Shown here one piece after another: positions 19,651 through 31,000 of a stretch of 64,000 nt of DNA. Under the pieces are notes generated by a model. The model did no database searches and had not been told where the DNA came from. It worked only from the letters and a program-made list of their open reading frames with translations. Both the position numbers and the translations under genes were made by a program. Each line of letters starts with the position of its first letter. The stretch's first letter is position 1. Source of the DNA: Bacteroidales bacterium (lineage in GTDB: Bacteria > Bacteroidota > Bacteroidia > Bacteroidales > UBA4417); assembly GCA_038249705.1 (NCBI GenBank), contig JBBSDC010000002.1, forward strand, positions 1,442-65,441, given 5' to 3'.

Positions 19651-20128
19651 AACAAACTTTTTAAGTAAGGTAAAAATCAACACATTATCAAAAGCCACTA
19701 ACATTCAATACGTTAAATGCGAAAAGCAGCCACAAACAGTTACAGTAAAACATCGCTTAAGCTATAAGCAATCCATCCCCGAACTGCCTGCAAAAGTAGC
19801 AATTTAAGGGTAATAATAAAATCGGATTCAAATGATAGAACTACATGTGCTCCTGACTATTATTCAGTTGAAAAGAGAAATAACTCACAGTATTGGAAAC
19901 AGTCAATAATTTAGATACATTTCAAATAGTACTTGACATGGCAATTTTATAGAAATTCATAATCAGAATCTTTCATTTATTTGTTACTTTGCATTACCGA
20001 AAAGCTGTGTTTATTATTTTGATAAACAAAAAGTTATACTCACAACCACAATAGGAACCAAATCGGAAAACTATAAAACAGCTTAAATCTCCTTTTCCAA
20101 CTCAATACTATTTACAAATTACCAAAAC

Positions 20129-22411
20129 ATGAAAACGCTAAGTCAGAAAAACGCACTCACCTATCATTCCGAAGGTCGCCCTGGTAAAATTGAAGTAGTC
20201 CCCACCAAGCCGCACAGCACTCAACGCGACTTGTCACTTGCCTACTCACCTGGAGTTGCTGAGCCCTGCCTCGAAATACAAGCCAATCCTGAAGATGTGT
20301 ATAAATATACCGCCAAAGGTAATCTGGTAGCTGTAATATCGAATGGAACAGCTGTACTTGGTCTTGGTGATATTGGCGCAGAAGCGGGTAAGCCGGTAAT
20401 GGAAGGCAAAGGTTTACTTTTTAAAATATTTGCCGATATTGATGTTTTTGATATTGAGATTAATGAGAAGGACATTGATAAGATTGTTGCCACTGTTAAA
20501 GCAATTTCGCCTACATTCGGAGGAATAAATCTCGAAGATATTAAAGCTCCTGAATGTTTCGAAATTGAAGAACGGCTGAAAGCAGAACTTGATATACCCG
20601 TAATGCACGACGATCAGCATGGCACTGCAATTATTACTTCAGCCGGACTATTGAATGCGTTAGTGCTCAATGGAAAAAAAATTGAAAACCTGAAAATTGT
20701 TATCAGCGGAGCAGGTGCAGCGGCTATTTCATGTACCCGACTTTATGTGAAGCTGGGAGCATTGAAGGAGAATATTATTATGCTCGACAGCAAGGGTGTA
20801 ATAAACACCAAACGCACCGATTTGAATAAATACAAATCCGAATTTGTGACCGATCTCGATATTGATACACTCGAACAGGCTCTCGATGGTGCAGATATGT
20901 TTCTAGGTTTGTCAGTTGCCGGCGCACTGAAACGCGATTGGCTGATGAAAATGGCACCCAACCCCATCGTATTCGCCCTTGCCAATCCTGTTCCGGAAAT
21001 ATCATACACCGAAGCAACCGAAGCACGCACAGATATCATAATGGGCACCGGACGCAGCGATTTCCCTAACCAGGTGAATAACGTACTGGGGTTCCCTTAT
21101 GTATTCCGGGGCGCCCTCGATGTAAGAGCAAGAGCTATAAATGAAGAAATGAAACTGGCAGCCGCTTATGCCCTTGCCAACCTGGCTAAAATGCCGGTGC
21201 CTGAAGAAGTTAATATAGCCTACAATACCAAAAACCTGAAATTCGGAAACGAATACATTATTCCTAAACCCAGCGATCCGCGACTTATCATTTATGTTGC
21301 CACAGCAGTTGCCAAAGCAGCCATGGAAACGGGTGTAGCCCGCAAACCTATCACAGATTGGACGGCATATGAAGCTGAACTCAATAAACGACTTGGACTT
21401 ACCAACCCTCTGATAAAGCAAATAAAAGCCAGAGCAAAGGCTGATCCGAAAAGAGTTGTGTATGCTGAAGCCGAAAATTACAAAGTGCTGAAAGCTGCTG
21501 AAATAGTTTTGGAAGAAGGAATTGCGATCCCGATTTTATTAGGCAAAAAAAGGATCATCGATAGTTTGATCGAGCAATACGATCTCGAATTACCCGGAGT
21601 CGAAATAATTGATCCAACCAAGAAAGAGCAGCTTAAAATGCGCGAATTGTTTGCCGGCCAATATTCCCAAAAAAGGCAGCGGAGAGGTGTTAATACACAA
21701 CTGGCTCTCGATTATATGAGCCACAGGAATTATTTCGCGCCCAGCATGGTCGAAAACGGTTATGCCGATGCTATGATTTCAGGATTAACAACCAATTACC
21801 CCGAAACCATTCGTCCGGCATTGCGCATCATAGGCAAAAAGAAAGGTACCAGCGTTATTTCAGCCATGTATATTATGTTCACCAAGAAGGGACCTTTCTT
21901 TTTTGCTGATACCACTGTAAACATGAACCCTACTGCAGAAACACTTGTTGATATTGCAGTTCAAACTGCACAAGCTGTAAGGACATTTAATATTGAACCC
22001 CGGATTGCAATGCTTTCCTATTCAAATTTCGGATCGGTGGAAGGTAATATCCCGATTAAAGTCCGCGAAGCAGTTTCGATACTTCACCGCGATCATCCCA
22101 ACCTGATTGTTGATGGCGATATGCAGGCAAATTTTGCAATAAATAATGAATTGCTTACCGAGCATTTTCCATTCAGCAAACTAGCCGGAGCACCTGCCAA
22201 TACATTGATATTTCCATACCTCACAGCAGGAAATATCGCCTATAAACTCATTCAGGAACTAGCTGGAGCCGAAGCAATCGGACCAATATTAATGGGGCTC
22301 GATAAATCAATTCATGTACTTCAGATGGGCTCAAGTGTAAACGAAATTGTGGATATGACAGCCATTGCTGTAATTGATGCTCAAAATCATGAGAGTAACA
22401 AACAAAAATAA
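20129..22411 (+). CDS. maeB: NADP-dependent malic enzyme (malic enzyme plus PTA-like C-terminal domain)
   Basis: A 760-aa protein with N-terminal malic-enzyme motifs ([48 protein letters not shown]) and a roughly 330-aa phosphate-acetyltransferase-like C-terminus. Confidence 0.9.
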   Translation: MKTLSQKNALTYHSEGRPGKIEVVPTKPHSTQRDLSLAYSPGVAEPCLEIQANPEDVYKYTAKGNLVAVISNGTAVLGLGDIGAEAGKPVMEGKGLLFKIFADIDVFDIEINEKDIDKIVATVKAISPTFGGINLEDIKAPECFEIEERLKAELDIPVMHDDQHGTAIITSAGLLNALVLNGKKIENLKIVISGAGAAAISCTRLYVKLGALKENIIMLDSKGVINTKRTDLNKYKSEFVTDLDIDTLEQALDGADMFLGLSVAGALKRDWLMKMAPNPIVFALANPVPEISYTEATEARTDIIMGTGRSDFPNQVNNVLGFPYVFRGALDVRARAINEEMKLAAAYALANLAKMPVPEEVNIAYNTKNLKFGNEYIIPKPSDPRLIIYVATAVAKAAMETGVARKPITDWTAYEAELNKRLGLTNPLIKQIKARAKADPKRVVYAEAENYKVLKAAEIVLEEGIAIPILLGKKRIIDSLIEQYDLELPGVEIIDPTKKEQLKMRELFAGQYSQKRQRRGVNTQLALDYMSHRNYFAPSMVENGYADAMISGLTTNYPETIRPALRIIGKKKGTSVISAMYIMFTKKGPFFFADTTVNMNPTAETLVDIAVQTAQAVRTFNIEPRIAMLSYSNFGSVEGNIPIKVREAVSILHRDHPNLIVDGDMQANFAINNELLTEHFPFSKLAGAPANTLIFPYLTAGNIAYKLIQELAGAEAIGPILMGLDKSIHVLQMGSSVNEIVDMTAIAVIDAQNHESNKQK

Positions 22412-22558
22412 ATATTGCTACAACACTGATTAAAAGCATTTTAGCACACATCTAAACATTTAGTTAAATATTTTCACACATGAAATATATAACATTGTAA
22501 ATGTTTATTAATTTAGCTGTCGTTGAATTTTCATTAAACACAGAAACAATATAAGCAG

Positions 22559-23503
22559 ATGAAAAAAATAACCGTTATCGGAGCCGGAAATGTAGGCGCC
22601 ACTGTTGCCAATGTTGTAGCTCACAAAGACCTTGCCCGCGAGGTTGTATTGGTCGATATAAAAGAAGGTACTGCAGAAGGCAAAGCCCTTGACATATGGC
22701 AAACCTCATCAATCAATAACTTTAATACCCATGTAGTGGGAGTTACCAACGACTACCTTAAAACCAAAGGTTCGGGAGTTGTAGTTATTACATCAGGACT
22801 ACCACGTAAACCCGGCATGAGTCGCGACGATTTAATTAAAACCAATGCGCTGATTGTTAAAGATGTTACCGAAAAAGTAATCAAGTATTCGCCCGAGGCT
22901 ATTATTATTATTGTATCGAATCCACTTGATGTGATGACTTATTGTGCGTATAAAGCAGCACTAAAAGATGAGCGAAAGGTATTCGGAATGGCTGGTATTC
23001 TTGACACCGGCCGTTACCGCAGCTTTATTGCCGAAGCTCTGAATCTTTCGCCTAAAGATGTTCACTCCATGTTACTTGGCGGACATGGCGACACAATGGT
23101 TCCATTGCCACGCTACACTTCTGTTGGAGGTATTCCTATTACCGAATTGCTCAACAAGGATGAAATTGATAAAATTGTTGAGCGCACACGAAAAGGTGGC
23201 GGCGAGCTGGTTAACCTTATGGGAACCTCCGCTTGGTATGCGCCCGGTGCTGCAGCTGCTCAAATGGTTGAGGCAATTGTTGATGATCAGAAACGTATTT
23301 TCCCGGTTTGTACCAAACTGAATGGTGAATACGGGCTGAAAGATGTTTTCCTTGGTGTACCTGTTCGGCTTGGCTCACAAGGCATTGAAGAAGTTATTGA
23401 ACTGAAACTCGACAAGAACGAGAAAAAGCTTCTGGAAGAATCAGCTGCATCAGTTAAAGGAATGATGGATTCCCTCGATAATATGCATATTTTTGAAGAC
23501 TAA
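22559..23503 (+). CDS. mdh: Malate dehydrogenase (LDH-like type)
   Basis: Rossmann motif KITVIGAGNVGAT, substrate-loop GLPRKPGMSRDDL, and catalytic LGGHGDTMVP. Confidence 0.9.
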   Translation: MKKITVIGAGNVGATVANVVAHKDLAREVVLVDIKEGTAEGKALDIWQTSSINNFNTHVVGVTNDYLKTKGSGVVVITSGLPRKPGMSRDDLIKTNALIVKDVTEKVIKYSPEAIIIIVSNPLDVMTYCAYKAALKDERKVFGMAGILDTGRYRSFIAEALNLSPKDVHSMLLGGHGDTMVPLPRYTSVGGIPITELLNKDEIDKIVERTRKGGGELVNLMGTSAWYAPGAAAAQMVEAIVDDQKRIFPVCTKLNGEYGLKDVFLGVPVRLGSQGIEEVIELKLDKNEKKLLEESAASVKGMMDSLDNMHIFED

Positions 23504-23525
23504 AAAAGTTTTGCACTAATTTTAC

Positions 23526-23560
23526 AGCACTCTTCCTTACCTGAAGAGTGCTTTTTTTTT
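23526..23560 (+). terminator. Rho-independent terminator of mdh
   Basis: Stem AGCACTCTTC (23526-23535) / GAAGAGTGCT (23543-23552), 7-nt loop, then a T9 run. Confidence 0.8.
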
Positions 23561-23672
23561 ACCGGAATATTTTATACCATTGAAACCGTTGGCCAAACTT
23601 AAATTTTAAACTAATAAGACCAGTGTTCTTTTTCCTCAGCGGTTTGTCCATTAATATAACTTCAATAAACAA

Positions 23673-24365
23673 ATGAAAAAAATAGTAGTCCTAACCGGCG
23701 CCGGCATAAGTGCCGAGAGTGGAATCCGTACTTTTCGCGCTTCTGATGGATTGTGGGAAGAGCATCGCATTGAAGATGTTGCAACTTTTGATGCATGGCA
23801 GCGCAATCCTGCACTGGTGCTCGATTTTTACAACAAACGGCGCAAACAACTCTACGAGGTTCAACCCAATGCCGCACATCTGGCTTTGGCTGAACTTGAA
23901 TCAAAATTTGATGTAAGTATTATTACACAAAATGTTGACGATTTGCACGAGCAGGCCGGATCACAAAATGTTCTGCACCTTCATGGTGAGTTAAAAAAGG
24001 TCCGAAGCACAATTGACGATGACCTTATTTATGAATTGGAAGGCTGGGAATTAAAGCAGGGCGATTTATGCGAAAAAGGAGCTCAGCTCAGGCCGCACAT
24101 TGTATGGTTTGGGGAGGCTGTACCAATGATCGAAAAAGCTATGGAGCTTTCGGCCCAGGCTGACATTTTTATTGTAATCGGCACGTCGTTAAATGTATAT
24201 CCTGCAGCCGGGCTTGTTTATTACATTAAACCAGCAACGCCCGTATACCTGGTTGATCCACAGGCTGAAATGCTGAGTGGTGTAAAAAATCTTACTGCTA
24301 TCCACGAGTTAGCCGGCACAGGAGTTCCCGCGCTTGTCAAAAAGCTTCTGGCAATTAGTATCTGA
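23673..24365 (+). CDS. cobB: Sir2-family NAD-dependent protein deacylase
   Basis: GAGISAESGIRTFR, QNVDDLHE, catalytic LHLHGEL, RPHIVWFGE and GTSLNVYPAA are present (230 aa). The whole protein has only one cysteine. Confidence 0.85.
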   Translation: MKKIVVLTGAGISAESGIRTFRASDGLWEEHRIEDVATFDAWQRNPALVLDFYNKRRKQLYEVQPNAAHLALAELESKFDVSIITQNVDDLHEQAGSQNVLHLHGELKKVRSTIDDDLIYELEGWELKQGDLCEKGAQLRPHIVWFGEAVPMIEKAMELSAQADIFIVIGTSLNVYPAAGLVYYIKPATPVYLVDPQAEMLSGVKNLTAIHELAGTGVPALVKKLLAISI

Positions 24366-24371
24366 AAACAG

Positions 24372-24405
24372 TTCGCGGGGTGATTTTTTAAACTCACCCC
24401 GCGAA
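24372..24405. terminator. Shared hairpin between the convergent cobB and OmpA-family genes
   Basis: Perfect 12-bp stem TTCGCGGGGTGA (24372-24383) / TCACCCCGCGAA (24394-24405) with a T-rich loop. Weakly T-rich tracts flank it on both strands. Confidence 0.6.
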
Positions 24406-24435
24406 TTATTGTATAATTAAATGAATCTGATTATA

Positions 24436-26946
24436 TCAGAAACCAGGGCTCACATAAATCCTTTTGCCATTCGAAAAGGTTACTACAAAGGCATCGTGAT
24501 AGCCGAGCTGCACCATTTCGCTGCGATAATCAATGGCTTCTTCATGCGTATCGAAAACACCGGTAGTATATTTGTACAAGCCATCTTCAATATAAGTTTG
24601 TACATCCTCCAGCTGTTCAAATTCGCGGTCGAGCAATGATTTTTCGTGCGAAAGCGCCATAAGCTGAACCCTATATGTTATAACACCAGTTTTAGCAGTG
24701 GCTTTCTTTTCTGGTTGTTTCTCTTTTGTAACTTCCGGCTCTGTAGCAATCACATCATCTTCTTCGGCAGGCGGTATCGAAACAACTTGTCTGGGTTTTT
24801 CCACGGCAGGAACAACTAACGTTTGCTCCGGAATTTCGGTAGTATATTGTGCCATCTTCTTTTCCTGCAGGCAATTGATAAAGAAATCGCGTTCGAACAT
24901 ATACGATGGTATTACTTCATCCCCTTTAAACTTGCTCATATCGTAAACGGAATTTGCTTGTGATTTTGAGAAACCAGTAACTTTGAATTCCGTACGCCTG
25001 TTAGCCTGATGCTGTGCATGTGAACACGGCACTCCGTTAGAACATTCGTTTATAAGTTGCATTTCGCCATATCCCCTGGCAGTAATACGTGCAGCATTAA
25101 TACCTCTTAACACGATGTAACGCACAGCCGATTCTGCCCTTTTCTGTGAAAGATCTACATTGTATTCCTTGCTACCGCGGCTGTCAGTATGCGAACCAAG
25201 CTCAACATCCACCGGATTTTCCTTCATCAGTTGCACCAGCCTGTCAAGTTCTTTTTCGGCATCTGAGCGGATAAACCACTTATCGAAATCGTAATAAATG
25301 GTTTCGATGGAATAGTCCATATTGTTGACTGAGAAAATTTGGTTCACTTCGAGTCGATCGAGCAGCAGATCACGTGGAGTTTTTACTGCGCGGGAAGTAT
25401 CAGTAGTTTCGAATTTAAAATTAATACAGTCGGAAACGTAATTATTTTCCATCCCTTTCACTACATAAAACACACCTTTACTAATAAGAGCTGTAAACCG
25501 TCCATTGCCATCTGTTTTAATAACTTCCACCTTCTCGGTTTTAGTGTTAAGCAGAAAAACAGTACTTCCAGGCATAGGCTTAAGTGTCTTTTTATCTTTC
25601 ACAAAACCGGTTATTGTAGTAGTAATCGAATCAAGTTCCGAAGCAAGAAGATCGCTCTTTTTCTTTGGTTTGCTTTCGAAGAAACGGCATGCATATATAT
25701 CGTCGCTGCCTAGTCCGCCGGGACGGTTCGAACTAAAAAAACCTTTCTTGCTTCGCGAGTCGAGGATCATTGCAAAATCATCGAAAGAGGAGTTGACAGG
25801 CTGTCCCAGATTCTCAGCTTTCGACCATTTACCATCTTTCAGAGTTGAGCGGAAAAGATCGAGCCCGCCAAATCCGGCTAACCCATTGGAAGCGAAATAG
25901 AGCTGATCACCGCTTAATGAGGGAAACATTTCGTCGTTGGAAGAGTTAACTGTGGATCCAAGATTAACTGGCTCATCCCATGCCTGCCCATTCCATTTGC
26001 AGAAGAAAATATCGGTTCCGCCCAAACTTTCGGGCATATCCGATACAAAATACAATGTATTCCCATCAGGCGAAAGAACCGGATGTCCGACGGAATAATT
26101 ATCGGAATTAAGGAAGAAAGCTTCCGTTTTCGACCACGAACCATCATACTTAGCCCAGAAAATTTTCAGGCGGTCGGTTCTGTAGTTATCAGAATCCCGC
26201 TTCTCTTTTCCCTTGTCGGTGCGGGTGAAATAGATAAGGCTGTCGTGACGTGCAAATGCAGCCGGGCCATCGTGGTAGGTTTGGTTAAACTTGCCTGTAA
26301 ATGCCTTAGGTTCATTCATATCCTGAAAATACTCATTCGGATAACGAGGTGTGGCAAAAAAGAGATCGAGATAACTGAAATTAGTCCATTCATACTTTTT
26401 ATTATCCATAAAATTCTGACGTCTGTCCGATACAAACACAACACCCCCATTATAAAAAGCTGGTCCAAAATCAGACCTTTCGGAATTGAGAACAGAAACA
26501 TTTTTTATTTCGAAGCTAACCGGAATTTCATTTAATTTTGGAATTTCATCGCAAAAAGCAGCAAAATCTTTTCCCCTCAAATCATCATTATTCAACGAAT
26601 CGTAAGTAAGGTAGGCTGCTTTTGCAAGGTCATATTCCTGTGCACAACGAAGTGCTTCACCGTAATAGAACCAGTTTATGCTTTCGGTATTCGGTAGGGC
26701 AACAGCTTTGGCGTACCATGCTTTAGCATTAAGCTGATCGTTAACCATACGGTAGCAATCGGCCAGCCGGCCAACAGCATAAGTATAGTTGGCATCCCTG
26801 GGGTTTTGTACAATTTTTAAATATTGAGGAATAGCTAACGAATAGCTGTAACTTTTATAAAGGTTGTCAGCCTGGTTTATCTGAGCCTGAGCTACGCTAC
26901 CTGCGAAGGCAAAAGCTAAGAGTAAAACTATTAATCGCTTGTTCAT
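24436..26946 (-). CDS. OmpA-family protein: TPR, PD40/TolB-like beta-propeller, CarboxypepD-reg-like, OmpA and C-terminal SPOR domains
   Basis: It has a signal peptide and TPR-like helices (aa ~25-130). Repeated PD40-type motifs follow (SPDGNTLYFVSD, FPSLSGDQLYFASN, GFFSSNRPGGLGSDDIY). The OmpA motif is LGSHTDSRGSKEYNVDLSQKRAESAVRYIV...ARGYGE. The SPOR-like tail is ITYRVQLMAL...GLYKYTTGVF...AFVVTF. It is the last gene of the adhesin operon. Confidence 0.8.
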   Translation of the reverse strand: MNKRLIVLLLAFAFAGSVAQAQINQADNLYKSYSYSLAIPQYLKIVQNPRDANYTYAVGRLADCYRMVNDQLNAKAWYAKAVALPNTESINWFYYGEALRCAQEYDLAKAAYLTYDSLNNDDLRGKDFAAFCDEIPKLNEIPVSFEIKNVSVLNSERSDFGPAFYNGGVVFVSDRRQNFMDNKKYEWTNFSYLDLFFATPRYPNEYFQDMNEPKAFTGKFNQTYHDGPAAFARHDSLIYFTRTDKGKEKRDSDNYRTDRLKIFWAKYDGSWSKTEAFFLNSDNYSVGHPVLSPDGNTLYFVSDMPESLGGTDIFFCKWNGQAWDEPVNLGSTVNSSNDEMFPSLSGDQLYFASNGLAGFGGLDLFRSTLKDGKWSKAENLGQPVNSSFDDFAMILDSRSKKGFFSSNRPGGLGSDDIYACRFFESKPKKKSDLLASELDSITTTITGFVKDKKTLKPMPGSTVFLLNTKTEKVEVIKTDGNGRFTALISKGVFYVVKGMENNYVSDCINFKFETTDTSRAVKTPRDLLLDRLEVNQIFSVNNMDYSIETIYYDFDKWFIRSDAEKELDRLVQLMKENPVDVELGSHTDSRGSKEYNVDLSQKRAESAVRYIVLRGINAARITARGYGEMQLINECSNGVPCSHAQHQANRRTEFKVTGFSKSQANSVYDMSKFKGDEVIPSYMFERDFFINCLQEKKMAQYTTEIPEQTLVVPAVEKPRQVVSIPPAEEDDVIATEPEVTKEKQPEKKATAKTGVITYRVQLMALSHEKSLLDREFEQLEDVQTYIEDGLYKYTTGVFDTHEEAIDYRSEMVQLGYHDAFVVTFSNGKRIYVSPGF

Positions 26947-26980
26947 ACCCGGTTCATTTGGTAGTAGATGAAAAAATTAA

Positions 26981-27904
26981 CTAAAAATACCTCGGTGTCA
27001 GCATCCTGTTTTTTAACAGGTCAAGGTCGAGGCCAAGCCTTATTTCGTGCGAACCTGAATTGTAGTTTATCAGTTCCTTAACATTGATATCGTAGGAATA
27101 TCCCACACGGTATTTCCTTCCAATCATAAATTCGGTGAGGAAAACAAGGTCGCCGTTGGTGCGGTAGGTAGTTCCAAGCCAGAAAAGGTCGCTGAACAAA
27201 AAGCTGGCATTCAGATCAAGTTGCCAGGGAGCATTTTTTACATATTTGACTAATGCTGAAGGCCGGAATATAACCTCATCGGAAAGTGGGATTGCCAGTC
27301 CACTCATTGCATAAAAATGCCTAAGTAATTTCGAATAGGTTTTTTTGCCGTCAACCGTCACCATTCCATATTCGTTTTGAAGAAGTTGTTTTGAAGAAAC
27401 TCCAACATACGCGTGGTTCGAATAATAATAGATTCCGAAATTGGCATCAGGTGTAAATTGGTTTTGCATGTTTCCTTCAAAAGTAAAGTCAGGATCTTCA
27501 ACAAAAATTTTGGCCCAGTTAACACTGTAGTACTTGAATCCGGCCTGTATACCGAACGAAAGTTTTCCTTTAGGAAGATTTATCCTGTAAGCATAGGTTG
27601 CCAGTGCACCCTGATCAACCACCGGCCCGATCTGATCGCTGTACACGTATCCGCCCAATCCAATATGTTCATTCCGTAATGGCGCATGCATACTGAGAGT
27701 AAGAGTTCGCGGAGCACCGGGAATACCAACCCATTGGTGCCGGTAAAGCATATCAGCACTAAAAACTTCGCGACTTCCCGCATAGCCGGGGTTACATGTC
27801 AGCTTGTTGAACATATACTGGCTGAAAAGTGCGTCCTGCTGCGCAAACCCCGAAAGGGCCGCAAACAAAACAACTAGTAGGATTAACTTTTTCATGTGTA
27901 TCAT
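26981..27904 (-). CDS. PorP/SprF-family T9SS membrane protein
   Basis: The N-terminus KKLILLVVLFAALSGFAQQDALFSQYMFNKLTCNPGYAGS and the segments YRHQWVGIPGAPRT and GIYYYSNHAYVGVS are the PorP/SprF signature. It lies directly downstream of a type-B CTD cargo gene. An alternative start is ATG 27895 (MKKLILL). Confidence 0.85.
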   Translation of the reverse strand: MIHMKKLILLVVLFAALSGFAQQDALFSQYMFNKLTCNPGYAGSREVFSADMLYRHQWVGIPGAPRTLTLSMHAPLRNEHIGLGGYVYSDQIGPVVDQGALATYAYRINLPKGKLSFGIQAGFKYYSVNWAKIFVEDPDFTFEGNMQNQFTPDANFGIYYYSNHAYVGVSSKQLLQNEYGMVTVDGKKTYSKLLRHFYAMSGLAIPLSDEVIFRPSALVKYVKNAPWQLDLNASFLFSDLFWLGTTYRTNGDLVFLTEFMIGRKYRVGYSYDINVKELINYNSGSHEIRLGLDLDLLKNRMLTPRYF

Positions 27905-28056
27905 TTTTTGCAGTTCAGTATCCGGGAATTACCGGGCTGAGGAATTTCTTTTCTTCTTTCGTCTTTCTCCATGAACTATAATGCTGACTTCAATTGTTAA
28001 CTTTAGTTTACTGCAATGCTAATCTTTCGATTTTGCATTACTATTCATTTTACTAT

Positions 28057-31000
28057 CTATTTCTCACCCCGAACATAAATCCACCCTTTCAGAATACCAA
28101 CATTTTTAATATTGAGGATGTAAAAATAAGTTCCGTTCGGCAATGGATCACCTTTTTCATTGCTACCATCCCACGACCGGGTTGTATTGTTATAATTGGC
28201 AAACTCAATAACCTTATCGCCCCAACGGTTGAATATCATTATTGTATTATCAGGATATTTTTCAATCCCCCTGATTTTCCATGTATCGTTGATGCCGTCA
28301 CCATTAGTCGAAACACCATTGAAAACAAAGAGATCATTCAGGTCAGGTTTCTTAACCCTTACATACACCATGGTATCCGAACAAAGTGACGGCTGTAAAG
28401 CATTGCATATCCGGTAACAGAACATATCATCACCTTCGAAATCAGTAAAAGGAGTATATGTAATGGTTTTATCAGTATTCAGCACTACTAAGCCATGGGT
28501 GGGGAAATTGCATAAACTCACTATAAGTGGATCTCCCAGTGGATTTATATCATTATTGATAACATTGATAATAACCGGAACATTTACCAGAGTAGTATCG
28601 TAGTCAGGCTTAGCTGCTATTGAATTGCTGCCTGTACCTATCGAAATTATCATATCATCCGTATCAATGCATCCTGATGAAAGATCCATAACTGATAATG
28701 TGAATGTTGTTTCGACACTTACCGGAAGAGTTACCGGATTTGAAACCGAAGGATCTACAAGTAAACCAGAAGGTTGCCAGCTCCATACATATAATCCTGA
28801 ACCTCCAGCCACGGATCCTGATAATCCGGTTGTGGTGCCCTGGTAAATAGTTTGATCGGGACCTGCATCGGCAACAAGTTCTGTATTTAAGAAAACATAC
28901 ATCACATCCGATATCACCATGTCGCCGCAGGAACCCGTGCCTTGAACCCTCAGTGTAAGTGCAGCCATTCCGGTGAAACCTGCAGCCGGAGTATATATAG
29001 GATTCAGAGTTGTATCATTTGCAAGTATACCAGCAGATACGGGTAACAAACTCCACAGTAATCCACTGTAATTTGCAGCAGTAGCCTGGGTAACAATGTG
29101 CGCCGATCCGACACATGATACAGCATCAGGTCCGGCATTTGCCTGTGGGGCTTTATGAATGGAGAGCAGCAGTTGATCGCTCACATTAGTGCAAGGACTG
29201 TTTGCACCGGCAGTGAGGGTAAGCAATACTTGTCCTGTTGCCATATCGAGTGATCCAGGTGTATAAACAGGATTAATAACCGAAGGATCGCTGAACATCC
29301 CATTTCCGCTGCTTGTCCACAATATACTTGTACTGTTTGAAACACTGGCTCCGGAAATTGCTATCGGCGATGATTCGCACGTTGCCATATCAGAACCGGC
29401 AGCAACGGTCGGGGCAGTAAGTATGGTAAATAACATCACATCAGACACATTTCCACAGGCACCTATTCCTTCAACAGATATTGTAAAACTTATTGTTCCG
29501 GATTCGCCGGCTGCGGGCAGGTATACCGGGTTCAATGTATTTTCAGCCGTCAGTGTTCCAATTCCTGTAGTTGTCCAGGAAACAGATAAAAAATTTTGGG
29601 CTGTTGCCTGAGTTATGGTGAATGCACCAGACTGACATTGTTCGTTATCCGGACCGGCATCAGCAAATGGTTTGCCTGCAATGGAGAGCATCATCATATC
29701 AGTGGATGAAGGGCAATCCAAACTCCCCGTTACAGTAAGTGAGAGGTAAACAAAGCCATCATTAATATCATTCGGACTTGGAGTATATGTTGGGTTAAGA
29801 ATGCCGGAATTGTCAAATAATCCTGTACCTGATGAAGTCCACAACAAGCTCTGACCATTGGTTGCGGAGCTGCCACTTACCAGATAGGACTCTCCTTCGC
29901 AAATAGCCGTATCAGAACCTGCAAAAGCTAAAACTTCTCCGGCTAAAGTAAGAACCATAGTATCAGAAGCTGATGGACACGACCCGGCAGAATTTCCGGT
30001 TAACAATAATAGTACATCTCCGCTTTCGCCAACTCCGGGAGTATAGGTAGGATTTATAGTTGTGTTATTGGTTAATGTCCCTGTTCCATTGGTTGTCCAT
30101 AAAAGACTACTGAAATACTGAGCCGTTGCATCTGTAATTGTATAGGCAGTATTTCCGCAAATAGTTATATCCTCTCCTGCAAATACCAATGGAGACCTGT
30201 AAATTGTAAGTGTCATTTCATCCATAACTGCAGGACAACTCTCATTACCTGTTGCAGTTAAACTGAGTACGACCAAACCATTGGCTATATCAGTCAGGCT
30301 TGGGGAATATTCAGGATTCGGAATTGTAGGATCGCTAAAAATACCGGTACCCGATGATGACCACAATAAACTGGCGAAACTGGACGCATTTGCTGAACTC
30401 AGCAGATAAACTGACCCTTCGCAGATTACATCGTCAATACCAGCAAAAACCTGAGCGGGTTGAGTAATAAAGATATTTACAACATCTGCATCAGCCTGGC
30501 AAACCCCGTTTGATATTGTCCACTCAAAAGCATATATACCATAAATAAGATTGGTAACAGCTGTATTCGGGTCATTAGGATTTACGATAGTTGCAGTATT
30601 CGGACCAGCGAGCTGAGTCCAGGTACCAGATCCGAAAACAGGAGTATTTGCATCCAGATTTGTGGCAACAATGCCTGTGGGACTACAGAATTCCTGATCA
30701 ATACCCGCATAAGATGTTGTTGGAGGAACGTAATTGATCACACTCATTGTATCAGTAGACTGACAGCCACCAATAGAAATCGTATAACCGAAAACATAAG
30801 GAATAGCGCTGGGGATCAAACCGGTTGAAACGGCAACACTTCCAATTGGAGGAAATAGATTTGGGATATTTGGTCCTGAGACAAATGCCCAGCTTCCGGT
30901 ACCCGGTTCAGGCGAATTCCCAACCAGGAAGGTAACATCAGCATTACATAACATCTGGCCTGGGCCAGCATCAGCAATAATCGCATCAACTTCTGTGATT

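Noticed and set aside
20242-21421. Antisense ORFs within maeB (83-139 aa), and likewise within sufB, uvrC, the permease gene and others
   Set aside because: They are embedded opposite well-supported conserved genes, and none has independent signals.
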